A DNA stretch of 64,000 nt from positions 704,001-768,000 of the forward strand of contig CAVTTN010000002.1 of assembly GCA_963737655.1 (NCBI GenBank). The letters are read 5' to 3'. This document shows positions 49,660-61,058 of the stretch, piece after piece. The stretch comes from an uncultured Planctomycetota bacterium (GTDB taxonomy: Bacteria > Planctomycetota > Planctomycetia > Isosphaerales > Isosphaeraceae). The first letter of the stretch is position 1, and every line of letters starts with the position of its first letter. Under the pieces are notes generated by a model. It was not told where the DNA came from. It saw only the letters and a program-made list of their open reading frames with translations, and searched no databases. Both the position numbers and the translations under genes were made by a program.

Positions 49660-50256
49660 ATGGCGTTCGAGGTCGAGATCAAGTTCCGGGCCGCCGACCT
49701 GGACGGCCTGGCGGCGCTCCTGATCTCCCTCGGGGCCAATCCGGACGCCCCGGACCGCCCATTCATCGACGCCTACCTCGCCCACCCGGCCCGCGATTTT
49801 GCCCGGACCGATGAGGCCGTCCGCCTCCGCCGGATCGGCGAGGAAAACCGGGTCACCTACAAGGGCCCCAAGCGACCCGGGCCGACGAAGACCCGCGAGG
49901 AGATCGAAATCCCCTTCGCCCCGGGGGATTCGGCGTTCGAGGAGATGCTCAAGCTCTTCGAGAGACTCGGGTTCCGGCCGGTGGCCCGGGTCGAGAAGGC
50001 CCGCCGGGCCTTCGCCCTGAAATTCGCCGGCCGCCCCCTGGAAATCGCCCTGGACCGCGCCGGCCCACTCGGAAACTTCGCCGAGATCGAGGCGCAGGCC
50101 GAGAACGACGACGACCTCCCCGCCGCCCAGGCCGCCGTCGTGGGCCTGGCCGGGCGGCTCGGCCTGTCCGAAGTCGAACCCCGGTCCTATCTTCGGATGA
50201 CCCTGCAACTCGCCGAGTCAACTCGGAATGAGGGGATGGGACCGCGGAACGGGTAG
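49660..50256 (+). CDS. cyaB: CYTH-domain protein (class IV adenylate cyclase-like)
   Basis: EVEIKF, DEAVRLR, TYKGPK, KTREEIE, VEKARR, LGNFAEIE. Confidence 0.88.
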   Translation: MAFEVEIKFRAADLDGLAALLISLGANPDAPDRPFIDAYLAHPARDFARTDEAVRLRRIGEENRVTYKGPKRPGPTKTREEIEIPFAPGDSAFEEMLKLFERLGFRPVARVEKARRAFALKFAGRPLEIALDRAGPLGNFAEIEAQAENDDDLPAAQAAVVGLAGRLGLSEVEPRSYLRMTLQLAESTRNEGMGPRNG

Positions 50257-50447
50257 CTGGCGCGGATCGAGCCGCTCGGGATCGTGAGCCTCCGCGGTTT
50301 CTTCCCCGTTTGCTCGAACTCGGAAAACCGAGGGGATTCGGATGGTCGTTCTTGAGGGATTCTGCTAGGAATTCGGCCCCCGACCCGGGCCGCGACGATC
50401 CGACCCGCCCGGACTCACCGAGACTTCGTTTCGCATGGAGGTGCGCG

Positions 50448-51356
50448 ATGGATCGCCGCCGGTTCACCCCTTCGCCCGAATCCCTGGATGATCGCGTCCT
50501 CCTGAGCGCCTTCAGCCTGACTGGCAACACCACGACGTCGGCCGTCCAGGCGAAGACGGTGCGGATCGACCGGATCGGCCACGCGCTGGACACCCTCCAA
50601 CCCGGCCGGATCGTCCCGGAACCCCTGGTCAACAACCTGAAAGCGGACCTCACCGCCGTCCGGGGGAAGCTCCACGCGCCGACTCCGATGCCCTGGTGGC
50701 CGTGAACCTCCAGTTCCGCAGCGTCGAATCGGAGGCGACGGTCAGCGTCCAGGGCGCGGCCGCCCTGCGGAGCACGTTCGGGACGGCCCTGAGCCAGGCC
50801 GGCGCGTCGCCGACGCAGGTCACCAACCTCCAGAACGACATGGACGGGCTGGTGGACCTGGACAGCAATGCCCAGTCCCCGACGCTGGTGGCGGCCAACG
50901 ATTACGCCCTGATCCTCCAGACGGCCCTGGGCGTCGGCCGGCCGATCCGCACGCCCTCGGTCCCGAGCCTCTCGCAGGCCGACGACACCGGGATCAAGGG
51001 CGACCACATCACCTCGGTCCTGCAGCCCCACCTCGTCGGCACGTACGACCCGAGCACCACGATGTCGATCATCGACCAGTCGGGCAACGTCCTGGGAAGC
51101 GCGGCGGTGGCGACCAACGGGCAGTACTCGGTCCAGTTCGCCAAACCCCTGACCGACGGGACGTACTTCGTCCGGGTCCAGGCGACCGACCAGAACGGCG
51201 ACACCAGCTTGCCCAGCCGGGTCGTGAAGATCATCATCCGAACCCCGGTGACCCCGGCGTCCAAGGCCGCCGCGGCCGTGATCGCCACCACAGACCACGA
51301 CGACCACGACACCCTCAACGACCAGCCCAGGCTCGACCGGGACCGTCGGGTTCTGA
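50448..51356 (+). CDS. Secreted planctomycete protein with Ig-like domain (apparent frameshifts ~50690, ~51290)
   Basis: MDRRRFTPSPESLDDRVLLS (LEPR-XLL-like); DDTGIKGDHIT...LTDGTY.VRVQATD..G; Thr-rich tail ending GF* at 51356. Confidence 0.7.
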
Positions 51357-51574
51357 CCCGGGCGGTTTCCGGCTCGAGGGACGGTTCTTGGGAAGCGTTC
51401 CGGGTGGCACGAGTTCCGTCCTCGGAACCCGTGCCGCCCAGGATCCCATCCTCGCGGCCAGGTGTTCGGGGTCAGGGCGACGGCCGTCGGGTTCAGGGCG
51501 CCCCTGGCGCTCCTCGGACCGGGAGTTGCAAGCGAAACTCCCGGCGCCCGAGGGGTTTCGCGGACCGATTGACT

Positions 51575-51604
51575 TTGACAGGTCCGCCCGAAATGCCGTA
51601 TGGT
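51575..51604 (+). promoter_or_regulatory. Possible sigma70 promoter for the MMPL gene
   Basis: TTGACA, 18 nt, TATGGT, 110 nt upstream of ATG 51714. Confidence 0.5.
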
Positions 51605-51713
51605 GCGTCGGGATCGGCCGAGAGGGGAAGATCCGGCCGGGGCGGATCTCGGGGCCGTCTCGCATGCTCGGGGTCGCCTCGTCCCCGTCCTCCGAGGGAG
51701 CCCGGCACGCCTC

Positions 51714-54113
51714 ATGTTCTCCTCGATCGCCAAGCTCGTCGATCGCCACGGCCTCTGGATCGTCCTGGGATGGCTCGTCCTGGCCGCCATCCTCTGGCGG
51801 TCGGCCCCGGATTGGAACACCGTCGCCAAGGACGACGACGTCAGCTTCTTCCCCGCCGATTACCCCAGCGTCGTCGGCCAGAAGCTCCTCCAGCGCGGCT
51901 TTCCCGACGACATCTCCAGCTCCTCGATGGTCGTGATCGCCGAGAGGCCCGCCGGCAAGTTCACTCCCGGCGATTACGCCTTCGTCGATGAGATCTCGAC
52001 GACCCTCAATCGTCTCGCCAAGGATGAGTCGCTGGGCATCCGCAAGGTGCTCGACCGCAACGCCTTGGGCTTCGGCTCCCGGTTCGTCAAGACGAAGCCC
52101 GAGGGGGGCCAGGTCGCCCTGACGGTCGCCCAGCTTCGCGGCACCTACGTCTCCCGGGAGGCGAGGAAGACCGTCGATGTGATCAATCGTGCCCTGGCCG
52201 AGCTCAAGCCGCCCGACGGCCTCAAACTCGGCACGACCGGCGCGGCCGTCGTGGGCCATGACACCAATAGCGCCTCGACCCGCAGCGTCCACGACACCAC
52301 CAACGTCACCATCCTTTTGGTCGTCGCCATCCTCCTGATCGTGTACCGGTCGCCCGTCCTCGCGCTGATCCCGATGGGGACGATCGCGCTTTCGGCGGCC
52401 GTGTCGCTCTGGTGCATCGCCCTGTTGACGAAAATCCCCGGCCTGAACTTCCAGGTCATCAATATCACCGATATTTTCGTGATCGTGGTCCTCTTCGGCG
52501 CCGGGACCGATTATTGCCTGTTCCTGATCGCCCGGTATCGCGAGGAGCTCGCGCGGGGCCTGCCGCCCCACGAGGCGGTCTCCGAGGCGATCCGCCAGGT
52601 CGGCGGGGCCCTGGTCGCCAGCGCCGGCACGGTGATCCTCGGCCTGGGGATGCTCTGGTTCTCCACCTTCCGCAAGATCCAGTACACCGGCCCGGCCATC
52701 GCCCTGAGCCTGGTCATCGGCTTGATCGGTTCGCTGACGCTCGCCCCGGTGTTCCTCCACTGGTTGCGGGGCCTGGTCTTCTGGCCGTTCAAGCCGCCCC
52801 ATCACACCAAGGGGGCCGACCCGGAGGCCGAGAGCCAGCGAGAGACCCCGCTCTTCGGCTTCTGGTCGGCCGTTTCGGCCCAGGTCGTCAAGCGGCCCGG
52901 CCTGATCCTCCTGGCCAGCCTGGTGGCCCTGACCCCCCTGGCCGTGATCGGCGCCCGGACGCAGTCCAGCTACGACCTCCTGGCCGACCTCGGCCCCGAC
53001 CAGCCGGCGATCGTCGGCGCCGAGATGTTCAAGAAGTATTATGCGTTCGGCGAGCTCGGCCCCTCCACCGTCCTGATCCGCCATCCTAGCCTGAGCTTCC
53101 GGTCGGCCGAGGGTCGCAAGGCCGTGGGCGAGATCACGAAGTCCCTGGCCGAGCTGCCCAACGTGATCGAGGTCCGCTCGCTGACCCGGCCGCTGGGGAC
53201 CCCGTTGGAGCCGCCCAAGGTCCGGCCCAACCCGTTCTCGGCGATCTTCGACCGCGGCCAGCAGGTCCTGGCCCGGGCGACGCAAGCCCAGGTGGACGAA
53301 CATTATGTGTCCACCCGGGCGAAGCTCGGCGACGATCGCGACCACATCACCCGGCTCGACGTCGTCTTCCGCTCCAGCCCGTTCTCGGTCGAGAGCCTCC
53401 GAAGCCTCGACCAGGTCCGCCAGGCCCTCGCCTCGGCCCAGGGCCCGGGGGGCGTCCTCGCCGGCTCCGCCTCGGACGACGTGGGGATCGCCGGGACGAC
53501 CGTCCTGATCAACGACCTCAAGCGCGTCACCAATAACGACGAAAAACGGATGTACTACCTCGTGACCGGAGGCGTCTACCTGATCCTCGTCGCCCTGTTG
53601 CGACGGCCGGGGATCTGCCTCTACCTGATCGTCACGGTCATCCTCGGCTACCTCGCCTCGCTCGGCCTCACCGAACTCGTCTTCAAGGCCTTCCACCACG
53701 GTCCCGAGCCCTGGGCCGGCCTGGACTGGAAGGTCGGCTTCTTCCTGTTCGTGATCCTGGTGGCCGTCGGCGAGGATTACAACATCTTCCTGATGGCCCG
53801 GGTGATCGAGGAAGAGCGCAAGCACGGCGTCATCGAGGGCACCCGCCGGGCCGTGGCGCACACCGGCGGGATCATCAGCTCGTGCGGGGTGATCATGGCC
53901 GGCACGTTCGGCTCCATGCTCTTCGGCAGCCTCACGACGCTGAAGGAACTGGGGTTCGCCCTGGGGCTGGGCGTCCTGCTCGATACCTTCGTGGTCCGGC
54001 CGATCCTCGTCCCGGCCTTCGTCGTCCTCCTCCACCGATCCCGGCCCGGCCGCCTCCACCTGGAATCCCCGATCGCCGCCGACGAAGAAGCCAAGGCGAC
54101 CACCGTCGCGTAG
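51714..54113 (+). CDS. MMPL/RND family transporter
   Basis: FGAGTDYCLFLIARYREE, VAVGEDYNIFLMARV.EE, TGGIISSCGVIMAGTF, LDTFVVRPILVPA. Confidence 0.95.
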   Translation: MFSSIAKLVDRHGLWIVLGWLVLAAILWRSAPDWNTVAKDDDVSFFPADYPSVVGQKLLQRGFPDDISSSSMVVIAERPAGKFTPGDYAFVDEISTTLNRLAKDESLGIRKVLDRNALGFGSRFVKTKPEGGQVALTVAQLRGTYVSREARKTVDVINRALAELKPPDGLKLGTTGAAVVGHDTNSASTRSVHDTTNVTILLVVAILLIVYRSPVLALIPMGTIALSAAVSLWCIALLTKIPGLNFQVINITDIFVIVVLFGAGTDYCLFLIARYREELARGLPPHEAVSEAIRQVGGALVASAGTVILGLGMLWFSTFRKIQYTGPAIALSLVIGLIGSLTLAPVFLHWLRGLVFWPFKPPHHTKGADPEAESQRETPLFGFWSAVSAQVVKRPGLILLASLVALTPLAVIGARTQSSYDLLADLGPDQPAIVGAEMFKKYYAFGELGPSTVLIRHPSLSFRSAEGRKAVGEITKSLAELPNVIEVRSLTRPLGTPLEPPKVRPNPFSAIFDRGQQVLARATQAQVDEHYVSTRAKLGDDRDHITRLDVVFRSSPFSVESLRSLDQVRQALASAQGPGGVLAGSASDDVGIAGTTVLINDLKRVTNNDEKRMYYLVTGGVYLILVALLRRPGICLYLIVTVILGYLASLGLTELVFKAFHHGPEPWAGLDWKVGFFLFVILVAVGEDYNIFLMARVIEEERKHGVIEGTRRAVAHTGGIISSCGVIMAGTFGSMLFGSLTTLKELGFALGLGVLLDTFVVRPILVPAFVVLLHRSRPGRLHLESPIAADEEAKATTVA

Positions 54114-54161
54114 GGTGCATGCAATGCACCAAATTCGCGGCCATCGGCCGCTCTTCCGGCT

Positions 54162-55322
54162 TCATGCCCCCGCCTCCACGTCCCTCCAGAACTCCGCTTC
54201 CAGAGAGTCCAGATCGACGCCCAAAACCTCCCGGCAAGCCCGCTCAAACTCCCCAGGCCGACACCTCACCACCAGCGCCACGAACCGCTCCGCCCCGAAT
54301 CGCCTCACCAGGTACTCGCAGAACGCCCCGCCGACGGAATAGACCGGGCCGCGGTCCCTCGCGTACCAGAACGAATCCGTCAGCTCCCGAAGCAGCCTCA
54401 ACCGCGACGAGCCGACCTGTCTCGCCCGGGAAAACAGCCGGCGGAAGCCTTCCGGGTCGTTCAGGTCGCGACAGACTTGGTCGATGTCGGCCTCCGACTC
54501 GCGCTCCGACCCCCGGAGGATGTCCCGGGTCCAGAGCGCCGACCGCTTCAGGGTCGCCCGGTCCCAACTTCGCGACTCGGCCCAGCCTTCATTCAGCAGC
54601 ATCGGCGGAAACCCTTCCGGCGAAAGCCTCTGGAAGAGGACCGCATGGGCCAGCTCGTGGCGATCGACGTGACCGGCCGGGCCCTCGGGCGAACCCAGCG
54701 CCAGCCCGAACAGCGACAGGTTCCTCTGGCCCAGCAACGACCCCCGAATCCAGTGGATTTTCGCCCTAAGCGGTTTCCCCGTCAGGCGTTCCAGCTCGGA
54801 AACGTGGGCCTCCATCGCGTCCACGTCGCCTTGAGGGTCCGCGACCGATCGGTCATGGAACATGACCAGATGATCGGATTCCATTCGGCCAGGATAAACC
54901 AGAGGCGCCTCGACCTCGCCGATCGACACCCCGGTCACCGCGAAGCAGACGAACGGGACCGTCGGCGCGATTTGCCCCGATCGATACTGAACAATCCCCC
55001 TCGCCACCACGGCCGAGGCCACGGCCGCCGGGATCAGCCCAAGAAACGCGATGGCCGCGCATCGGAGCCGGCCCGGCCCGCGGATGATTCGCCATAAGCC
55101 CAGAAAAAGGCAGGAGATCGTGCCAAGGATCGCGATCGACCCCGCGGCCACGAACGTCTTGCCCCAGGGGTGAGGGAGCCACAGGCGATACTGGATCGCG
55201 ACCATCGAGGCCACGGCGACGGAACCCAGCCACGAGGCCCCGCAGGCGATCCTCAACGCCCTCGATCCCCGGATCGGCACCGCCTCGGCCGCCGAATTTT
55301 CAGTCAATGTAGGCAAATTCAT
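54162..55322 (-). CDS. Membrane protein with HExxH zincin-like domain
   Basis: Four N-terminal TM segments; RHELAHAV...LNEGWAE; YSVGGAFCEYLVRRFG. Confidence 0.7.
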   Translation of the reverse strand: MNLPTLTENSAAEAVPIRGSRALRIACGASWLGSVAVASMVAIQYRLWLPHPWGKTFVAAGSIAILGTISCLFLGLWRIIRGPGRLRCAAIAFLGLIPAAVASAVVARGIVQYRSGQIAPTVPFVCFAVTGVSIGEVEAPLVYPGRMESDHLVMFHDRSVADPQGDVDAMEAHVSELERLTGKPLRAKIHWIRGSLLGQRNLSLFGLALGSPEGPAGHVDRHELAHAVLFQRLSPEGFPPMLLNEGWAESRSWDRATLKRSALWTRDILRGSERESEADIDQVCRDLNDPEGFRRLFSRARQVGSSRLRLLRELTDSFWYARDRGPVYSVGGAFCEYLVRRFGAERFVALVVRCRPGEFERACREVLGVDLDSLEAEFWRDVEAGA

Positions 55323-57429
55323 TGAGGTTCAACAAGGCGAGGGCCAGGTCGGGCAAGGTCCCTTCGCGGAGGAATTCCGTGGCCAGCCGGGCCTCGTCCG
55401 AATCGGGCGGGCGGCCCAGCGCCAGGCGATAGAGCCGATCGACCGGGTCATGGCCTACCTTCGCGGCCCGGGCGGCCAGGGCGTCGGCACACTGGTTGGC
55501 CATGGCCCCGTTCAGGAGGGTCAACGCCTGGGGGGCGATCGTGGTCACGGCCCGTTTCGGGCAACTGGCATTGGTGTCGGGACGGTCGAACGCCTCGAAC
55601 AACGGGAATCGCAAGTTCCGGCGGACGAAGACGTAAAGGCTCCGGCGCCGCCGGTCGTCCTCGTTCGGCGAGACCGGCCAGGCGGCCCCTTTACCGCTCA
55701 ATTTGGTCAATTCCGCCGGGAGCTCGGGGAAGACGCCGGGACCGCCCATGGCCGGGTTCAATCGGCCCGAGACGCTCAGCATGGCGTCGCGCAGGGCCTC
55801 GCCGTCGAGCCGTCGTCGCGAATGCCGCCAGACCAGCGCGTTGTCGGGGTCGAGCTTCGCGGCCCTGGCGTCGAACCGGGACGATTGCCGATACGCGGCG
55901 GACGTGACCATCAATCGATGCATCGCCTTCAGGCTCCAGCCCTGGCGGATCATCTCCGTGGCCAGCCAGTCGAGCAATTCCGGATGCGACGGGTCGTCTC
56001 CCATCGTGCCGAAGTCGCTGGGCGAGGCCACGATCCCCGGGCCGAAATGCCCCTGCCAGACACGGTTGACCATCACCCGGGCCGTGATCGGGTTCTCCGG
56101 ACTCGTCAACCATCTCGCCAGGGCCGACCGCCGGCCGCTGGAATGGCCGGTCGGTGCGATCCGGGGCGGCTCGCTCGCCAGGACGGCCGGGAACGCGGGC
56201 GAGACCTCGGGGCCTTTCGCCGTATGATCGCCTCTCTTCAGGAGATAGGTCGTCGGCACGAAGTTCGGATTCTCGTCCAGGCCGCGGGCGCGGGGCAGGG
56301 GGGGCGGCGGGTTCGTTTCGAGGGTCGCGAGCCGGGCCCGCCAGTCGTCTCGGACCTTCTTCAACGGGCCTTTCATGGCCAGGGCGAGCGCCTCGGGCCG
56401 GATGCGTTTGTCGGCGTTCATCGCTTCGAAGACGAGCCGGACGTCGGCCGTATTCCGGGCCGACTCGGGCTTCGCCCAGGCCGAGGCGGCCTCCTTCGCC
56501 AGCGTCGGCGGAGGCCCCGGGGCGATCGCCTGGCGGAACGGCGTCTCGATGCGGATCAGGGTCGCGCGGACCTGCCCGACCTCGACCTCCCACGCCCGAT
56601 TGCGACGATCGAACTCCGCCCTCTCGGCCGAACTCGCCAGGACGATGTCATCGCAGAATTGCGCGGGGGCGAAGAACGCCTGCAAGGCGTAGAAATCGCG
56701 CTGGGCGATCGGGTCGAATTTGTGATCGTGGCACCGGGCGCACCCGATGGTGAGGCCCAAGAGGGCGGAACCGGCGGTCTCGGTGATGTCGTTCAGGGCG
56801 TTCTGGCGGCGGAGGGCCTGGTCGTTGATGTCCACCATGTCGGGATAGAGGCGATTGAACCCCGTGGCCACGAACGCGGAGGGGTCGTCGGGCGCGACCT
56901 CGTCGCCGGCGACCTGGAGGGTCAGGAATCGGTCGTAAGGCATGTCGTCATTCAGGGCCTTGACGACCCAGTCGCGATATCGCCACATGTCGGGCCGGGC
57001 CTGGTCGTACTCGAAGCCGTCGGAATCGGCGTAGCGGGCCAGGTCCAGCCAGTGCTGGGCCCAGCGTTCGCCGTGATGGGGGCTGGCGAGCAGGCGATCG
57101 ACGAGGTGTTCATACGCCTCGGTCGAGGCGTCCGCGACGAACGCCTCGACCTCCTCCGGAGACGGCGGCAGGCCGATCAGGTCGAACGAGAGGCGGCGGA
57201 TCAGGGTCCGGCGGTCGGCCTCGGGGCCGGGGGCGAGGCCGTTTTCCCGCAATTTCGCGAGGATAAACGCGTCGATCGGGTTCCGCGCCCACCGGGGATC
57301 GTCCGCCCGGGGCGGCTCGCTCCTCTTCGGCGGGAGGAAGGCCCAGTGGGCGCGGTCCTCGGCGGTGATCGGCCGATCGGCGGGGAGGGCGGTCGCGAGC
57401 TGGACGGCCAGGACGAAGGCGAGAGGCAC
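55300..57429 (-). CDS. DUF1549/DUF1553 planctomycete cytochrome-like protein
   Basis: HWAFLPP, NPIDAFI, GERWAQHWLDLARYADSDG, CARCHDHKFDPI, ARVMVNRVWQ, HPELLDWLA, PQALTLLN. Confidence 0.95.
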   Translation of the reverse strand: MPLAFVLAVQLATALPADRPITAEDRAHWAFLPPKRSEPPRADDPRWARNPIDAFILAKLRENGLAPGPEADRRTLIRRLSFDLIGLPPSPEEVEAFVADASTEAYEHLVDRLLASPHHGERWAQHWLDLARYADSDGFEYDQARPDMWRYRDWVVKALNDDMPYDRFLTLQVAGDEVAPDDPSAFVATGFNRLYPDMVDINDQALRRQNALNDITETAGSALLGLTIGCARCHDHKFDPIAQRDFYALQAFFAPAQFCDDIVLASSAERAEFDRRNRAWEVEVGQVRATLIRIETPFRQAIAPGPPPTLAKEAASAWAKPESARNTADVRLVFEAMNADKRIRPEALALAMKGPLKKVRDDWRARLATLETNPPPPLPRARGLDENPNFVPTTYLLKRGDHTAKGPEVSPAFPAVLASEPPRIAPTGHSSGRRSALARWLTSPENPITARVMVNRVWQGHFGPGIVASPSDFGTMGDDPSHPELLDWLATEMIRQGWSLKAMHRLMVTSAAYRQSSRFDARAAKLDPDNALVWRHSRRRLDGEALRDAMLSVSGRLNPAMGGPGVFPELPAELTKLSGKGAAWPVSPNEDDRRRRSLYVFVRRNLRFPLFEAFDRPDTNASCPKRAVTTIAPQALTLLNGAMANQCADALAARAAKVGHDPVDRLYRLALGRPPDSDEARLATEFLREGTLPDLALALLNLNEFAYID

Positions 57430-57443
57430 GGATCGGCCTCCTT

Positions 57444-58229
57444 CTATTCCAGGATCTGCACGTTCGGCAACTTCGCCCGGAGGGACGCCCGCCCTCGGGC
57501 CGAGACCTTCGTCCCCGAGAGGGCCAGGAGCCGCAATTCCTTCAGGCCCGAGAGGTGGCGGAGGCCGTCGTCGGTGATGTTCGTATCATCGAGCTTGAGG
57601 GTCTTCAAATGGATCATGCGCGCGACGTACTGGACCCCCTCGTCGCCGACGTCGGTCCGGGACAGGCCGAGGAACTCCAACCGGTCGAGGCCCGAGAGCG
57701 AGGCCATCCCGCGATCGCCGACCCTCGTCTCGTAGAGATAAAGCTCGCGGAGCGATCGCATCCGGCCGACGGCCTCCATCCCGTCGTCCCCCACGTTCGT
57801 CTCTCGGAGTTCCAGGATCTCCAGGTCGGGCAGGTCGGCGATCTGGGCGAGGCCGGCGTCGGAGATCGTCGAGCCGTTGAGCAAAAGCGTCTTCAGGCCG
57901 CGAAGCCCGTTCAGGTCCCGCAAGTCCTCGTCGCGGACGGTCCGGCCATCGAGCATGACCCGCGACACGACGTGAGCAAACCCGGGCCCGATCGACTCGC
58001 GGGCCTTCGTGAGCGTGCCCCTCGGCCCCGGACGATGATCGGGCTTCTCGTCGCCGTCGAGGTTGACGTATCCGCCCAGCCGGGTCGTCGCCGAGACGAC
58101 CCTCTGCCGCCTCCGGGGCTGGTCCGAAAGCCACCCGAGCACGCCTGCCGCCCCCGCCACGAGGAGCAGGAGCACCCAGAGGCGAACACTCCGGCGGGGA
58201 GGGGAAGGCAGGTCGTAGGGCGAAGCCAT
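57444..58229 (-). CDS. Leucine-rich repeat protein with N-terminal TM segment
   Basis: Repeated L..L.L..T.(V/I).D.G units. Confidence 0.9.
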   Translation of the reverse strand: MASPYDLPSPPRRSVRLWVLLLLVAGAAGVLGWLSDQPRRRQRVVSATTRLGGYVNLDGDEKPDHRPGPRGTLTKARESIGPGFAHVVSRVMLDGRTVRDEDLRDLNGLRGLKTLLLNGSTISDAGLAQIADLPDLEILELRETNVGDDGMEAVGRMRSLRELYLYETRVGDRGMASLSGLDRLEFLGLSRTDVGDEGVQYVARMIHLKTLKLDDTNITDDGLRHLSGLKELRLLALSGTKVSARGRASLRAKLPNVQILE

Positions 58230-58293
58230 CGGCTCTCCTTGGATTGGGCTTGAGGAGACAATCGCTTCGACCAGAACAAAGGGTGCAGGAAGA

Positions 58294-58376
58294 GCCTTCG
58301 GCAACCGCAGAAGACGCAAATTAGAGAAGGACGCATTCGCCATTTTGAATCTGCGTCATCTGCGGTTGCCGAAGGC
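58294..58376. repeat. 25-bp intergenic inverted repeat
   Basis: gccttcggcaaccgcagaagacgca (58294-58318) / tgcgtcatctgcggttgccgaaggc (58352-58376), one mismatch. Confidence 0.85.
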
Positions 58377-58421
58377 CCTTCTTTCTTCCCTCGACCGCGT
58401 GACTCCGACATCGGTTCGCAT

Positions 58422-59839
58422 TCATGCCAGGATGGACCGGACGACTTCTCCGGCGGTGTCCGTCAGCCGTTCTTCCCGGCCGTTGTGGGGGAAGGTGAGG
58501 CGGGTGTGGTCCAGGCCCATCAGGTGGAGGATGGTGGCGTGGAGGTCGTGGACGTGGACGCGGTCGGTCTCGGCGCGGAGGCCGACGGCGTCGGTGGCTC
58601 CGTGGACCGTCCCGCCCTTCACGCCCGCTCCGGCGAGCCAGACGGAGAAGCCGTGGGGGTTGTGGTCGCGCCCCTTGCCCTGCTCGGACATGGGCATCCG
58701 GCCGAACTCGCCTCCCCAGATCACCAGGGTGTCGTCCAGGAGTCCCCGGCGCTTCAGGTCGGTCAAGAGCGCGGCGACGGGCCGGTCGGTCTTCGCGGCC
58801 ATGGTGGCGTGATTCGATTCCACGTCCTCGTGGGCGTCCCAGCCGTTCACGTCACCCGAATAAACCTGGATGAATCGCACGCCCCGCTCGGCCAGGCGGC
58901 GGGCGAGGAGGCACCTGGCGCCGAAATCGGCCGTGACGCGGTCGTCCAGGCCGTAGAGGCGGCGGGTCTCCTCGGTCTCCGAGCCGAGGTCGACGGCCTC
59001 GGCGCGGCGCTTTGCATCCGATAGGCGAGCTCATACGCCTGGATCCTCGCCGAGAGCTCGGAGTCCTCGCCGCGAGCCGCCAGGTGGCGGGCGTTGAGGC
59101 GGCCGATCAGGTCGAGCGTCTTCCTCTGCGAGGCGAGCGACCGCCCCTTCGGCGGGCGGAGGTCCAGGATCGGGCTCTCGCCGGCGCGGACGAGCGTCCC
59201 CTGATAGCTCGCGGCGAGGAAGCCCGAGCCATACGCGGGAGGGCCGCCCTTGATGCCCCCGGCCGGGTCGGGCAAGACGACGAACGCCGGCAAATCCTGG
59301 TTCTCGGTCCCCAGGCCGTAGCCGACCCAGCTCCCCAGGCTCGGCTTGCCCATCAGCACCGAGCCGGTGTTCATCTGATAGACGGCCTGGGGATGGTTCA
59401 CGCTGTCGGCCCAGCACGAGCGGATCACGGCGAGGTCATCGGCGTGCCGGGCGATCTGGGGGAGAAAGTCCGAGACCTCGATCCCGCTCCGTCCGTGCTT
59501 CGTGAAGGTTCGTTTCGTGGCCAGCAGGGGGTTGCGCTCGACCTTCCGCCGGGTGGCGACGGCGCCGAAACTCTCGGGCAGGGGCTTCCCGGCGAGCCTC
59601 TGGAGCTCGGGCTTGGGGTCGAAGGTCTCCAGGTGGCTGGGACCGCCGTGCATGAAGAGATAAATGACTCGCCGGGCCCTCGCCGGGAAGTGGGCGGGCC
59701 GGGGTGCGAGCGGGTTTTCCGGCTCGGCGGCCGGGGCGGGACGGTCGTTCTGGAGGAGCCAGGCGAGGGCGACCGCCCCGAACCCCCCGCCGCCCTGGCG
59801 GAGGAAGTCGCGGCGGGACGCGGAGGGTTCGAGGTTCAT
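58422..59839 (-). CDS. DUF1501 protein with Tat signal (apparent frameshift ~59000)
   Basis: [34 protein letters not shown]; then [32 protein letters not shown]. Confidence 0.92.
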
Positions 59840-59984
59840 GGCGGGACCTCGGCGAAGGCGGTTCGAGGCGATCCGGCGGGCGTGGCGATCGGAAGAATCC
59901 TTGTTACAATAACATACCGCGACGTCCCGCAAACCGGGGAAGTTCGCGGGATGGCCCTCGGGCGACGAAACAGGACGGACCTCG

Positions 59985-60913
59985 ATGGGGCTGATCGGCG
60001 GGATCGTCCACACGCTCCGGGCCTGGCGGTCGCGGGGCGATCCGGGACCGGCGTTCGACCTTCGCCCGGCCGATGGCGTCGTCGAAGTCGTCCCTCTGCC
60101 GGGAGTTCGGTCGGAACCGAACCCGCGAGACCCCCGCTTCGGCCGGTTCCTGGAGCTGGATTCGGAGGACGGGTCGAAGCCGGCGAGCCGGCGTCGGGGC
60201 GTGCCCCCACTGCTCGGCCGGGTGGCGATCGCGTCGCTGTTCCTCGGCCGGGACGGCAAGTCCTGGTCCGATCCCGAGATCGCCCGGACCCTCGATGCCG
60301 TGATCCGCGCGGCTCGATGGGTCGAGCACGAGGCGATCCGCCATCACGCGGCGGTGAACCTGGATCTGGCCGGGGTGTATTTCGTGGCGGACGATCCGGT
60401 CAGCGAGGCCGAGGTGGAGCTGGCGATCCTGCCGGAAGGCGACCGCGACGGCCTGTTCGAGGCCGACGCGGAGGTGAAGCTGGTGGCCTCGGCCAGCCGA
60501 GGCGCCGGGCGCTCGGGTTCCGCGACGTGGCCGAACTGGCCGATCGCGTGGGCCGGAGGCTCCGGGCCGACTCGCCGGTCTGGCTGATCCATCCGAGGTC
60601 GGCGGGCCGGTCCTTCGTCGTCCCGGAGTCCGAGACCGGGATGATCGGGGTGAACCTGGCGATCTGTTACGCGAGGGAGACCGAATTCCCCGAACGCCTG
60701 GTCGGGGCCCCGTTCCCCGACCCCTCGACGTTCGCCCACGAGCTGCTCCACCTCTTCGGGGCGAGCGACAAGTACGGCCGGCCGCTCTCGTCCTTCCCGA
60801 AGGGGAGCGTCACGAACCGCGATATCATGAGGCTGGAAGTCGAGACCCTGTCAAAACTTCGGATCGATCCGGCGACGGCCCGAGAGATCGGCTGGAACCC
60901 GTCGGGGGGATGA
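59985..60913 (+). CDS. Hypothetical metallopeptidase-like protein (apparent frameshift ~60505)
   Basis: N-terminal frame MGLIGG...; C-terminal frame FAHELLHLFGASDKY...DIM. Confidence 0.65.
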
Positions 60914-61058
60914 GGCCCCGGGCCTTCGGTCGGCCCGCTCCCGAGCCTCGCAAAAGAACGCCGCCCGTCCTGACCGGATGGGCCGGTCGGGACGGGCGGC
61001 GGGTAAGAGGCCGAGGGCTCACCGGGGATTCTGCTCGAACAGAAGGGGCCTGGCTCGG

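Noticed and set aside
51512..51553. Hairpin upstream of the MMPL gene as a riboswitch
   Set aside because: A simple stem (ccgggagtt/aactcccgg) lying upstream of the predicted promoter; no riboswitch consensus recognised.
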